Shown here: positions 42,106 to 51,903 of the stretch, in pieces
Layout of the letters: each line of letters begins with the position of its first letter
Position numbering within the stretch: the stretch's first letter is position 1
Assembly: GCA_963728565.1 (NCBI GenBank)
Contig: CAVSLC010000004.1
Span: 75,984-139,983, forward strand
Direction of reading: 5' to 3'
Origin: an uncultured delta proteobacterium
GTDB lineage: Bacteria; Desulfobacterota; Binatia; UBA9968
DNA length: 64,000 nt
Program-made: the position numbers and the translations under genes
The notes under the pieces: model-generated
Databases searched by the model: none
What the model was told of the DNA's origin: nothing
What the model saw: only the letters and a program-made list of their open reading frames with translations

Positions 42106-42549
42106 ATGAAGCTTTACGTCCGTTTTTACGCGATTGCGCTGCTGTTGTTTCCACCAATTGCCGTATTCGCAATCGACGAAAACCCCGCCGTGAAAGTTAC
42201 CCAGCTTTTTAAGACAACCAGCGGCTGGGACGGCAAACCAATCGTTTATCCGGAAGGAGAGGCGGAGGTGACGGCGCTGCTCGTCGAGATTGCACCGGGA
42301 GAAAGCACCGGTTGGCACCAGCATCCTGTGCCATCATTCGCCTTCCTGCTCGAAGGAACGCTGGAAATTACTCTCACTGATGGCCGGGCCAGACGCATGG
42401 AGCCCGGAGATGCTTTGTCTGAAGTGACCGGCACGATGCACATTGGCCGAGCGCTAAGCAAAACTCCCGTGAAAATCGTCGTCTTTTATGCCGGCTCAGT
42501 TGGCAAGGCATTGACAGTCAATCAGCCAAGCGAAAACACGCCTCAATGA
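42106..42549 (+). CDS. Secreted cupin domain protein
   Basis: Signal peptide; TGWHQHP, LEG, HIG cupin motifs. Confidence 0.85.
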   Translation: MKLYVRFYAIALLLFPPIAVFAIDENPAVKVTQLFKTTSGWDGKPIVYPEGEAEVTALLVEIAPGESTGWHQHPVPSFAFLLEGTLEITLTDGRARRMEPGDALSEVTGTMHIGRALSKTPVKIVVFYAGSVGKALTVNQPSENTPQ

Positions 42550-42684
42550 TCCCCATGAGCAGCGCTTCTTAATTCAGCTCCGCAGCTTCAAGATCAGATC
42601 GCCGGATGTAGCTGCTGCTCGAAACGATTGGTGCAGCGGCCTTCCCGGAAAAAAATTTGAAAAAATTTCCGTGATTGAATCGAG

Positions 42685-42710
42685 AAATTATCCACAGCTG
42701 TGGATAATTT
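42685..42710. promoter_or_regulatory. Palindrome of two perfect DnaA boxes
   Basis: AAATTATCCACAGCTGTGGATAATTT: TTATCCACA at 42688-42696 and TGTGGATAA at 42699-42707. Confidence 0.7.
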
Positions 42711-42817
42711 TAGTTTTCCAGCGGCAACCTATCGTTAAGAAGAACATCCACAGAAATATGAACAGAGGCAGTTCGAGCAGGCAGCGAAAAAATTCGTGAC
42801 TCGCGCGAATTTCTGGC

Positions 42818-42847
42818 TTGACAACCTCGCGTCTAAAAATTTACAGT
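42818..42847 (+). promoter_or_regulatory. sigma70-like promoter
   Basis: TTGACA-N18-TACAGT upstream of the AAA ATPase gene. Confidence 0.5.
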
Positions 42848-43017
42848 CGCGCCTCATCGCGCCACTATTAGCCACAGAGTTCTATTAATTGCCAAGTCTT
42901 TCTTGTTCGTCTTTCGGTTCCGACGAACGTAGAAAACGAAAGTTGTTGAACACAGACCGCGTTCATGAGGAGAGTACTTAGATGAGCGAACTTCCCGGGC
43001 CCCCAGAACACAAAGCA

Positions 43018-44260
43018 ATGCTCCACAGCCATTTTGGTTTTCGCGAAATGCCGTTCGGGGTAACGCCCGATCCGCGTTTTTTTTATGGCCACCCGCTTTA
43101 TCTCGAAGGCTTGGCCGCGCTGGTTCATGGAATCGAAGCAAAAAAAGGTTTCATGCTCGTCACCGGAGAAGTGGGAACGGGAAAAACGATTCTGCTGCGC
43201 AAGCTAATGCGCCATCTCGACGGACGGGTCCAATTCGTTTTTGTCTCCAACAGCCACTTGACGTCGTATGGGCTTACTGAGTTGATTGTGCAGAATCTGG
43301 CGATCAGCAGCAAAGAAAAAAGTCGCTTGGAGATGCTTCAGGATCTAAATAACTATCTCATCCAGCAGCTGAGATCCGGTCGCACGATCGCTTTGCTGGT
43401 CGATGAAGCGCAAAAGCTTAGTGATGAAGCGCTCGAAGGGTTGTGCGATCTATCCAACCTGGAAACCGACGAGGAGAAATTGCTGCAGATCGTGCTCGTC
43501 GGACAACCGGAAGTCGCGATTAAATTGAACAAGCCATCGCTGCGCCGCATCAAACAGAGAATCACTCTGCACCACCGTCTCTATTCGTTGCAGACGCCCG
43601 CTGAAGTGGATAATTACATTCGCCATCGCCTCGAGATCGTCGGCTACCAGGGCCCTGAGATCTTCACCAGGGAAGCGGTTGAGGCGATTTGGCAGTATTC
43701 CGGCGGAACGCCCCGGTTGATCAATATCCTTTGCGATAACACACTCGCAATCGCTTGTTTGGCGGCCAGGAAGAAAGTCTCTGCTTACATGATCATGAAG
43801 GCCGCGGGTGGGCTGCTGTTGGAGCCTGGCTTGGAAGCGTCAAGAGTTTCCGCCGATGGCGGATTTCTCAGGATGAAAACCGCCGCGGCGCGGACCGGCC
43901 CACGGCACTCTGAAACAAACGGCAGCGAGATCACCGTCAAAAATCGAGCTCCAGCGCCGCGCGATCCCGCTGCGTGATTCGGACCGCGTTAAACTTTCCC
44001 GGATCGCCACCAAAGGACCCGCCGTTTCGCTGCAGTTTTTTGATCGCATGACCCGCGCAGCGACGGAAGCGATGGGGCCGATGGCCAATCGCATCGTCGT
44101 GGATCAGATTTCCGCGCTCGGCGAATCCCGCCAAGCATTTCCCCAGGGAAAGCTCGCCGAGCTCATATTGCGCGTCAGCGTAGAGATTCTGAACGAGAGC
44201 ATGCGAGACAACTTCCAGAGGACCATGGTGCGAGAAATCGCCAGTCTCCAAACCATGTGA
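43018..44260 (+). CDS. ExeA/GspA-like AAA ATPase with a small C-terminal domain, probable frameshift in an A-run near 43940
   Basis: HFGFREMPFGVTPDPRFFY, GEVGTGKT, VDEAQ, LVGQPE, SGGTPRLINILCD; removing one A joins the 44048-44260 ORF. Confidence 0.8.
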
Positions 44261-44370
44261 AATTTATTTCGAAGTAACGGATGCATGGACAATCGGCGCA
44301 TCGCAGCGCCGCGACGTCGCGCAGTCGGTGCCAACTTACATTGATTAATTTTCACGGAAGGAAAAATTAA

Positions 44371-44667
44371 ATGTCAGAGAATCCTAAAAAGTCAGAAGAG
44401 CCGTTCGATCATCTGGTGCGCGCGCTACAGGAAGGCGAAGCCTGGAGGATCAGTCAATGCATTCAAGACATCGACCACAGGCTTCTGGATTGTCGAAAGT
44501 CGTTGGAGGAATATAGCCGTCTCCGCTCAACTCTCCGCACTATCAACAATAAGCTTTCACGGCTAGGCGCCGAGCCGTTGAAGGTTGCTGACGAGTTAGC
44601 GACCCAAGATTTAAATGAGATCATCAAGAGCCGCATCGATCATTTTAAGTCCAGCGGTAAGATTTAA
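44371..44667 (+). CDS. Hypothetical helical/coiled-coil protein
   Basis: 98-aa ORF with GAAGGA RBS. Confidence 0.65.
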   Translation: MSENPKKSEEPFDHLVRALQEGEAWRISQCIQDIDHRLLDCRKSLEEYSRLRSTLRTINNKLSRLGAEPLKVADELATQDLNEIIKSRIDHFKSSGKI

Positions 44668-44768
44668 GTTCTGGCAGGCCACGTAGGAATCGTGCATCCT
44701 TTCCGATTGACGATCAAATCAGGCGGAGAAATTAGCATCGAACTTCTAAACGGACCAGACGCCGCCAA

Positions 44769-45533
44769 TTAGATAATCCGCGCCACTCGTTTTCCCTGCA
44801 TAATTTCGGTGTCGTGGTTGGGAAAAGCCAGATCAGGCCGGGCCGCCGTGCTCAGGGCCCGTTCAAGCGCCACGACCGTATCAGCCAGATTGTAATACCA
44901 ACCGACCGGAACGTGATCACGAATATTTTTCAGTGTATAAGCGATATCGCCACAGAGCACCGCCCTACCGGCTGCTGTGTCGAGCGCTACCATCTGCGAT
45001 CCTGGCGTATGGCCGCCGGCTTTGAGCAGCTCCAATCCAGGATAAAGCTCCACATCGCCTTCGATCAGTTCGATGCGATCTTCCTGTTGTAGCCTCTCCA
45101 GCGCGGGACGCACTTTTGGGCGAATCTGCTTGGCAAAAATTTCGTGACGCATGAGCGGCCCCGTCCAAAATTCCAGTTCGGCACGCTGGATGATGAATTT
45201 AGCATTGGGAAAATAATCCAAACCGGTGAAATGGTCTTGGTGAAAATGGGTCACGACAACAGTCTCTATCTCGTCGGCTTTTATCCCAAGCTGCGCCAGC
45301 AACGCCGGCGGTTCAATGAAATTTTTTCCTTGAGACCATTCCGGCGCGACGTAATCAGGATGATATCCGGTATCTACGGCCACAGGGCCTTGGGGACCCT
45401 CGACCAACCAGAAAATATAAGCAACCGGTTTATCCCGTTCGAGATCACTGCGCATGCACGGCATAATTCCCGCACGCCACCAGTTTTCACTCATCCCGAC
45501 CATCAACGCATGAATTGAATGATTCGATGTCAT
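44769..45533 (-). CDS. Metallo-beta-lactamase fold hydrolase, N-acyl homoserine lactonase-like
   Basis: VDTG, THFHQDH (HxHxDH), GHTPG, CGD, PNHD. Confidence 0.85.
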   Translation of the reverse strand: MTSNHSIHALMVGMSENWWRAGIMPCMRSDLERDKPVAYIFWLVEGPQGPVAVDTGYHPDYVAPEWSQGKNFIEPPALLAQLGIKADEIETVVVTHFHQDHFTGLDYFPNAKFIIQRAELEFWTGPLMRHEIFAKQIRPKVRPALERLQQEDRIELIEGDVELYPGLELLKAGGHTPGSQMVALDTAAGRAVLCGDIAYTLKNIRDHVPVGWYYNLADTVVALERALSTAARPDLAFPNHDTEIMQGKRVARII

Positions 45534-46142
45534 AAGAAGTCCTTGATCTCTGGCAAAGCCAGTTGGCGCCAACATCACCTACTTGGGGCTAGGCTTCAGC
45601 TCACCCTGCCCATACATTGTGTCTGAATTTGCTTGTTGCAACAGGTTTCTCTATCACGCTTCCGGATTTGCCGTAACAGCCACAAACCCGCGAACCCGAA
45701 GACATCCAGCCGCGGTTCGCCGCCAAAAAAAACCGCTTACGGTAGTACAACGGAACCGATCAAGTGGATGATGCTCATTGCCCGCCATGATATCCGTCGC
45801 GCACACGAGCGTTGTCAATCATCACTTCGCCATCGATGCTGCTGATCTGAAGCGCGCCGGCTGACGGTTTTCGCGCTGCTCAAGTTAATGACTTCACGGC
45901 GGTAACACGGCCGGGTACCACCTGCCCCGGCTCGAGCACAGGGGTTTCAAACACCGGATTGGAGCGAGCGCTTTTTGATCTTGGGTGATTGAACTTCTCA
46001 ACGCGACGCTGGGGTAAGCCTCCAACTACAATCTTCGATCTGCAACCGGCCAATAGCTTCCGGCGGAATCATCTCGAACTTAGCTAGCCAACGGAATCTG
46101 GGCAGCAAAAAGTTGCAGGAAGGCTGATCGGCCCCGCGGTGA

Positions 46143-46171
46143 TTGACACAGGCGCCGCAAATGAGTATTAC
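46143..46171 (+). promoter_or_regulatory. sigma70-like promoter
   Basis: TTGACA-N17-TATTAC. Confidence 0.6.
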
Positions 46172-46283
46172 ACGCCGCAGGAATGGCGAGCTGAGGCTCT
46201 TAGGGCCAGTCGATTCCGGAAGCGAGACACTTCTTAACGGAGGCTGAGTTCGATTGTTTCGAAGAAGCGCAGCGGATTACTTC

Positions 46284-46967
46284 ATGCGAAGATTGTTTTT
46301 GTTCTATCTTGTATTCGGCGCCCTTTTACCGCCCGCTAACGCGGTTTGGGCCCAAACCTCGGTTTCGGCGCTGCCAGCCGGCGTGGCATCGTTTGAAGAG
46401 AATATCGCCGCCTTCGCGGCGGCGGACCGGGAGCAAGCCCCGCCGACAGGGGGAATTCTATTCGTCGGCAGTTCATCGATTAGACTGTGGAGCGATCTCG
46501 AAAAGCAATTTGGGCCGTCCATCGTCAAGCGCGCTGTGGGCGGCTCCAGGATGTCCGATTGCGCGCGGTACCTAGATCGATTGGTGTTTCCTTACAAGCC
46601 GCGCCAGGTAGTGGTTTACGCCGGCGATAACGATTTGGCCGAAGGGATCGCGCCGGAGGACATCCTGCTCAGCTTCCAGAAGTTTGTCGACGGGGTACAG
46701 AGAGAGCTCCCAGCCACGAGGATTTCCTATATTTCAATCAAGCCAAGTCCGGCCCGAGCCCGGCTCATTCCCAAGATCCGGGAGACTAACCATTTGATCG
46801 AAAAATACACCTCAGAAAATCAGAAGCTCGACTTCATCGAGGTGTTCACGGCAATGCTCGATGCCGATGGACGTCCGCGCGCCGATCTCTTTCGCGCCGA
46901 TGCGCTGCACCTGAACGAAGCCGGTTACACTCTATGGAGAAAGATCATCGCGCAGCATGTGCGGTGA
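46284..46967 (+). CDS. Exported SGNH/GDSL hydrolase
   Basis: FVGSSSI, YAGDND, DALH; signal peptide. Confidence 0.88.
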   Translation: MRRLFLFYLVFGALLPPANAVWAQTSVSALPAGVASFEENIAAFAAADREQAPPTGGILFVGSSSIRLWSDLEKQFGPSIVKRAVGGSRMSDCARYLDRLVFPYKPRQVVVYAGDNDLAEGIAPEDILLSFQKFVDGVQRELPATRISYISIKPSPARARLIPKIRETNHLIEKYTSENQKLDFIEVFTAMLDADGRPRADLFRADALHLNEAGYTLWRKIIAQHVR

Positions 46968-47077
46968 GCCCGACGGATTCATCCTTTCCCACGGCTCTCG
47001 TCGCTCTCGGACTGAAACTCGCGTAAAGGTCTGTCACGGCGAACGATCCCGAGCCACCAGACATACGAGTTCTCTTT

Positions 47078-47875
47078 TCACGTTCGGACCGCTTTAGCGG
47101 CGCTGGCTGTGAGATGCAGGCAGTTCCGGAGTTCTTCGCTGGTCAGCGGTTCCTTGAACATTTCATTGCGCATGTACACTCGTTGAAGGCTCACTGCACG
47201 CACGGCGTCTTTCATCCGCACGAGATCCTGTTTGCTCTGGACCATCCGGGCCGCTTGGCTTGCCGCCTCCTTGTAATGGTTCTTTTCATCCTGATAAATC
47301 ACTTCCATCGCACGGGCGATCATTCTTTCGAGTCGGCCACCCTTGAGCTTTTTCCCCTCGCGAAACATCCGGGCGCCGCCCCCTTCTGTAACGAGCACCG
47401 CGGCTTTATCCACCGGGGAGCCCGAACTTACGAAAGCTCTACGTATATCACCGAGCCTTCTTTCCTGGGGCAGCTGAAAAGTATCCGACGCTGAAACCGG
47501 ATGGCCCAGCAGATATTCGAGAACGTCGGCCATGAGCACATAGTGATTGAACTCTTGCGTGAGCTGTTCGAGAAGCGAGTGGTACCGGTGCCGGTCGATG
47601 GTTTTGTCGATATCGGGAAACTTTGCCGCCAGATCGTTCAGCTCCTTCTGCAGCCCCGTGAAATAACCGTCCACCGGATGCAGCTCCTTCCAGAGCTGCG
47701 CCTTGAGCCAGAAAATGTGATCCTCGTGCGCCGGCCGCTTTTTGAAAAATCGCCGGACGATCGTAGCCTCAGCTTCCCAGTAGGGTAGCGCGGTCGCGAT
47801 CAGACTTTGTGCGATGTCTCTTATGTCTCGCTCTCTTGGCAGGCGGTCGATGGGCGTCTCACGTATTGCAGTCAT
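47078..47875 (-). CDS. Hypothetical ferritin-like (diiron four-helix bundle) protein
   Basis: Two ExxH motifs (QEFNHY, DEKNHY) with intervening glutamates; helical composition. Confidence 0.6.
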   Translation of the reverse strand: MTAIRETPIDRLPRERDIRDIAQSLIATALPYWEAEATIVRRFFKKRPAHEDHIFWLKAQLWKELHPVDGYFTGLQKELNDLAAKFPDIDKTIDRHRYHSLLEQLTQEFNHYVLMADVLEYLLGHPVSASDTFQLPQERRLGDIRRAFVSSGSPVDKAAVLVTEGGGARMFREGKKLKGGRLERMIARAMEVIYQDEKNHYKEAASQAARMVQSKQDLVRMKDAVRAVSLQRVYMRNEMFKEPLTSEELRNCLHLTASAAKAVRT

Positions 47876-48075
47876 GGAAATTTGGCGTTCTCTCCAAGCT
47901 CAAACTTCTAATTTTAAATATCGACGCCGGAGATCGACCTGGCTGCCAATCGGATAGCCGCCGTTCTGCGGAAGCTTGCTTCCCGGCCGGCAACCTGATC
48001 GCTGCCACCCTAGTCTGTCGATCCCGCTCCGGCTCGAAAACACACAGAGCGCAGAACCGGGCGCGGCGCATCGGA

Positions 48076-49038
48076 TCAACGAGTACTTCTTCCGACGGCA
48101 TTGATGAAGCTGTAGTCAATCATCTCGTTCGCAGAGATCTTCGCCTTCAGTCTGCCGGTCTCAATCTCCTGTTCGACGGTGGCCAGGATACCTGCGTCGA
48201 GAATGTGGCCATCGAGCGGAAACGAATCGCGGTACTCATCGTATCCAGCGCCAGCCTCGGCGGCATCCAGCCCGACATACTTTCTGAGCGCTCGAATCCC
48301 GTCGTCGCGATTCTCGCGCGTATGCTTCACGCCGCGTTGATAAGCGCGTAAGAACTTGGCGGTCTGCTCTTTTTCCTTGGTAAGCCAGCCCTCGCGCGCG
48401 ATGAAACCGACGTTGGTCCAGTTGGGATAGAGATCCTTCAAGTCGAAGAGCTTATTCATGCCGACCGACTTGGCGCGTTCGGTGACCGGGAACCATAGTA
48501 TGGTTGCATCGACGATACCGCTGGCCAATGTGGTGAAGCGCGCCGGGGTGGCGCCGATCTGCAACATCGTGACATCTTTGGGATCGACGCCCGCCTGGCG
48601 CAGCGCCGAACGGGTGAGAAATTCAGAGAGCGAGCCGAAACGGCTGATCGCGAACTTTTTCCCTTTGCTGTCCTTCAGCGATTTCATTTTGGGGCTTCCA
48701 TAGATTTGAAACGGCATCACATTGGAGATCGCCCAGAAATTCTTGATGTCCAGTCCACCGGCTCGGGCGAGCACGGTCTCCGGCACGCCTCCCGCCATGA
48801 TCTGCACGTCGCCGCCAATGACTGCCTGGAGATTGGTAGCGCCGGCATTAAACATCACCACCAGAACATCCAGGCCTTCGTCCTTGAAAAAGCCTCTGTC
48901 CTGAGTGATGTAGATCGGCAGGAACGCAACGTTCACCGTCGATACTCCGACAACGATGCGGCCGTCGGCTTGTGGAAGCTTGACGCTGCTCAGCGCAACC
49001 AGAAGCGATAAAGCAACCCATATGACTCGCCAAATCAT
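48076..49038 (-). CDS. ABC substrate-binding protein, NitT/TauT family
   Basis: Signal peptide; GFFKDEGLDV, KGKKFAISRFGSLS. Confidence 0.88.
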   Translation of the reverse strand: MIWRVIWVALSLLVALSSVKLPQADGRIVVGVSTVNVAFLPIYITQDRGFFKDEGLDVLVVMFNAGATNLQAVIGGDVQIMAGGVPETVLARAGGLDIKNFWAISNVMPFQIYGSPKMKSLKDSKGKKFAISRFGSLSEFLTRSALRQAGVDPKDVTMLQIGATPARFTTLASGIVDATILWFPVTERAKSVGMNKLFDLKDLYPNWTNVGFIAREGWLTKEKEQTAKFLRAYQRGVKHTRENRDDGIRALRKYVGLDAAEAGAGYDEYRDSFPLDGHILDAGILATVEQEIETGRLKAKISANEMIDYSFINAVGRSTR

Positions 49039-49192
49039 CGGCTTTCCCTCCGCCTGCGCACCGTAGGTTAGTCATGGAGACCCGTCAAAAGCCACCGGCG
49101 AGGTTCCGGAGAAACCTCGGTCAGCAATGTCTTGAGTGGATGCGGGTAGACGTCTGGCTAAAGCGGCCTTAATGCTAGGATGCGAGTTCCGC

Positions 49193-49411
49193 TTACCTCT
49201 TCAACGGTACCAGGAGCAAGACTGCGCCAATCACTATTGCTCCCACGCCGGCCCAAGCGGGAATCTTGACCGTTTCCTTATCCTTCACCTGAAGCTCGAG
49301 CGGCCCGATCTTGGCTTCATGAGTTTCTTTTGTGAAGCTGAAACTGCCATAGGCCAGCCCGAGAACGCCGGCCACGATCAAAACCACTCCAATTATTTTG
49401 ACTGCGTTCAT
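49193..49411 (-). CDS. Small two-TM membrane protein
   Basis: GGAGG RBS; MNAVKIIGVVLIVAG...KIGPLEL...IPAWAGVGAIVIG. Confidence 0.75.
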   Translation of the reverse strand: MNAVKIIGVVLIVAGVLGLAYGSFSFTKETHEAKIGPLELQVKDKETVKIPAWAGVGAIVIGAVLLLVPLKR

Positions 49412-49726
49412 CTCATCCCCTCCTAAAACGATCTGGTGTATCGTTGTTGGCGATGCGTGCGATTCTTCTATTCGAATCTGCGGAGATTTGTCAACATCAC
49501 CGATTACCGGTCTCGATTGGCCGGCTGGCACACGGCTGCCAACTTTTCAAAACACCAGTTCCTCATCCCATACCTAGGGAAGCGGTTCCCGAGTTCCCTC
49601 CACTACAGAACCGAGAGATTATTTGACGGGCGGGCAAATGCTGGACATGAACCGACATCAGATTATAGGCTGACCACGTAGGCGAATGCATAATTAGAGC
49701 ACGATTTAACGTAGCGGGATGATTTA

Positions 49727-51019
49727 ATGAGCCGGATTCTCATGCGATATCTTTTTTGCATCTTCGCGATTCTCGTCTGTCTTCTACCGCAATCAGTCGA
49801 CGCGCAGGCAACACTGCTCCGTATTGTCATCTCCAAGACGGACACGCCACAGCTTTGGGACGGGGCGATTGCTGACTTCGAGCAGCAAAATCCCGGCGTT
49901 AAAGTCGTCAAGGAGATCGCGCCAAATTCTTCGACCCAATTCCATGATCTGCTCACCCAGAAATTGAAAAATCGCGATACTCGCCTGGACGTGTTCTTCA
50001 TGGATGTCATCTGGCCCAGCGAGTTCGCATCGGCCGGCTGGACATTGCCGCTGGATCGTTTCCTCTCGGCCGCGGAGCAGGGCAAATTCCTTGAGGCGCC
50101 GATAGCGGCCAATCGCTATCGCGGAGAGATCTTCGGGGTGCCGCTTTTCATCGATGCCGGATTGCTCTATTACCGCAAAGATCTTCTCGAGAAGCATCGG
50201 ATGGCGCCGCCGCGCCACTGGCCCGAACTTGTGGAGCAAGCTAAAACCATCCTTGCTGCGGAGCGCGATCCGCACCTGGTCGGGTATTCGGGCCAGTTCA
50301 AACAATACGAAGGGCTGGTCTGCAACATGATGGAATTCATCCTCGGCAACGGCGGCGCTTTATGGGATGAACAGCGCTTGGTGAGCGCCGTGCAACAAGA
50401 ACGCGCCAAGCAGGCGGTCCGGTTCGTGCGCGATCATATCATCGGCGAGATCTCGTCACGCGGCGTGCTGGCCTACGAAGAGCCGGAATCGGTTGCGCTA
50501 TTTGCCCAGGGACGGGCAATTTTTCACCGCAATTGGCCGTATGCATGGCGGGTCGCCAACGATCCTGAACAATCGAGAGTGATAGGTAAAGTGGGTATGA
50601 TGCCATTACCGGCTTTTCCTGGTGGCAAGGGTGCTTCAACCCTCGGTGGCTGGCAAATGGGTATCAGCCGATTTTCGAAAATACCCGAAGTTGCTTGGCG
50701 CTTTGTTGCGTTCATGACCAGTCGCCAGATGCAAAAGCGGATCGCCTTGTCCACCGGCCGGGCGCCAACCCGAAAAGCGCTCTATACGGATCCCGAGCTG
50801 CTGGCCCAGGTTCCATGGCTCGAACCGATGCTGGAAACCTTCAAGCAAGCGGTGCCGCGGCCGAGGACGCCGGTCTACGCGCCGCTTTCGAATATTCTGC
50901 AACGTTACTTTAGCGCTGCCTTAGTCTTGCCCGGCAGCAAGATCGACCAACGGTCGGCATTGGCGGCGCGCGACATGGATCGCGTGCTCGATCTATTGCG
51001 CGAAGCCGCGGTTCCATGA
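49727..51019 (+). CDS. Sugar ABC transporter substrate-binding protein (trehalose/maltose-like)
   Basis: DVFFMDVIW, DAGLLYYRKDL, QYEGLVCN, RNWPY, TLGGW. Confidence 0.9.
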   Translation: MSRILMRYLFCIFAILVCLLPQSVDAQATLLRIVISKTDTPQLWDGAIADFEQQNPGVKVVKEIAPNSSTQFHDLLTQKLKNRDTRLDVFFMDVIWPSEFASAGWTLPLDRFLSAAEQGKFLEAPIAANRYRGEIFGVPLFIDAGLLYYRKDLLEKHRMAPPRHWPELVEQAKTILAAERDPHLVGYSGQFKQYEGLVCNMMEFILGNGGALWDEQRLVSAVQQERAKQAVRFVRDHIIGEISSRGVLAYEEPESVALFAQGRAIFHRNWPYAWRVANDPEQSRVIGKVGMMPLPAFPGGKGASTLGGWQMGISRFSKIPEVAWRFVAFMTSRQMQKRIALSTGRAPTRKALYTDPELLAQVPWLEPMLETFKQAVPRPRTPVYAPLSNILQRYFSAALVLPGSKIDQRSALAARDMDRVLDLLREAAVP

Positions 51020-51903
51020 AAAGCTCGCACCGATTGGCCCTGCTGTTTATCGTCCCCAGCCTGGTCTTCGTCTCTGTCTTTACTCTCTATCCGATCGTTG
51101 AATCCTTCCGCCTGAGTTTTTATCGGATGATCCTGACCCTGCCCTGGCTCGGCCAAAAAATGGTCGGCTGGGAGAATTACCTCGATCTCTGGACCGACCC
51201 GGTCGCATGGCAAGCATTGCGAACGACGCTCATATTCGTCGCGATCACAGTTCCATCGGAGTTGTTGCTCGGCCTCGGCATGGCGCTGGTGATGAACGAG
51301 GCGTTTCGCGGTCGCGGAGTGTTGCGCGCGGTCGTGCTCATTCCCTGGGCTATTCCCACCGTGGTCTCTTCACAAATGTGGCGCTTCATTTTCAATGACC
51401 GGTACGGTCTGTTTAACTTCGTTCTGTTCGGCGGCGATACCGCGCGATACTTTGCGCCGCTGGCGGATCCTCGATTCGCGATGCTGGCAATCATGGCGGC
51501 GGAGATCTGGAAAACCGCACCGTTTGCGGCATTGATTATTCTGGCCGGGCTACAAACTATTTCCGACGAAGTTTACGAAGCCGCAAGCATCGACGGCGCC
51601 ACTTCCTGGCAGAAATTCTATCACGTTACTTTGCCGCTGCTCTGGCCGGCGCTGTTGTTGGCCTTGCTTTTCCGCACCATCGACGCCCTGCGCGTCTTTG
51701 ATCTGGTTTTCGTCATGACTCAGGGCGGCCCGGCCGATGCCACTAACGTACTGCAGTTCTACGGCTATAAGAAAACTTTTGCCGAAGGCATGATCGGTTA
51801 TGGTTCGACCATCGCGGTGACGGTTTTTATGATCTCGCTGATTTTGGCCCTGGCCTATTTGCGCGCGCTCAAATCAGAGCGGCTCCAGGGGGCGGCGCGA
51901 TGA
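51016..51903 (+). CDS. Sugar ABC transporter permease
   Basis: EAA motif YEAASIDGA; TQGGP. Confidence 0.92.
   Translation: MKSSHRLALLFIVPSLVFVSVFTLYPIVESFRLSFYRMILTLPWLGQKMVGWENYLDLWTDPVAWQALRTTLIFVAITVPSELLLGLGMALVMNEAFRGRGVLRAVVLIPWAIPTVVSSQMWRFIFNDRYGLFNFVLFGGDTARYFAPLADPRFAMLAIMAAEIWKTAPFAALIILAGLQTISDEVYEAASIDGATSWQKFYHVTLPLLWPALLLALLFRTIDALRVFDLVFVMTQGGPADATNVLQFYGYKKTFAEGMIGYGSTIAVTVFMISLILALAYLRALKSERLQGAAR

Noticed and set aside
43018-44667. ExeA-like ATPase as part of a secretion system or Tn7-like transposon
   Set aside because: No secretion, transposase or integrase genes are adjacent.
49526-49542. TGGCACACGGCTGCCA as a sigma54 promoter
   Set aside because: GG-GC spacing is 9 nt rather than 10 on both strands; it may be an unrelated palindrome.
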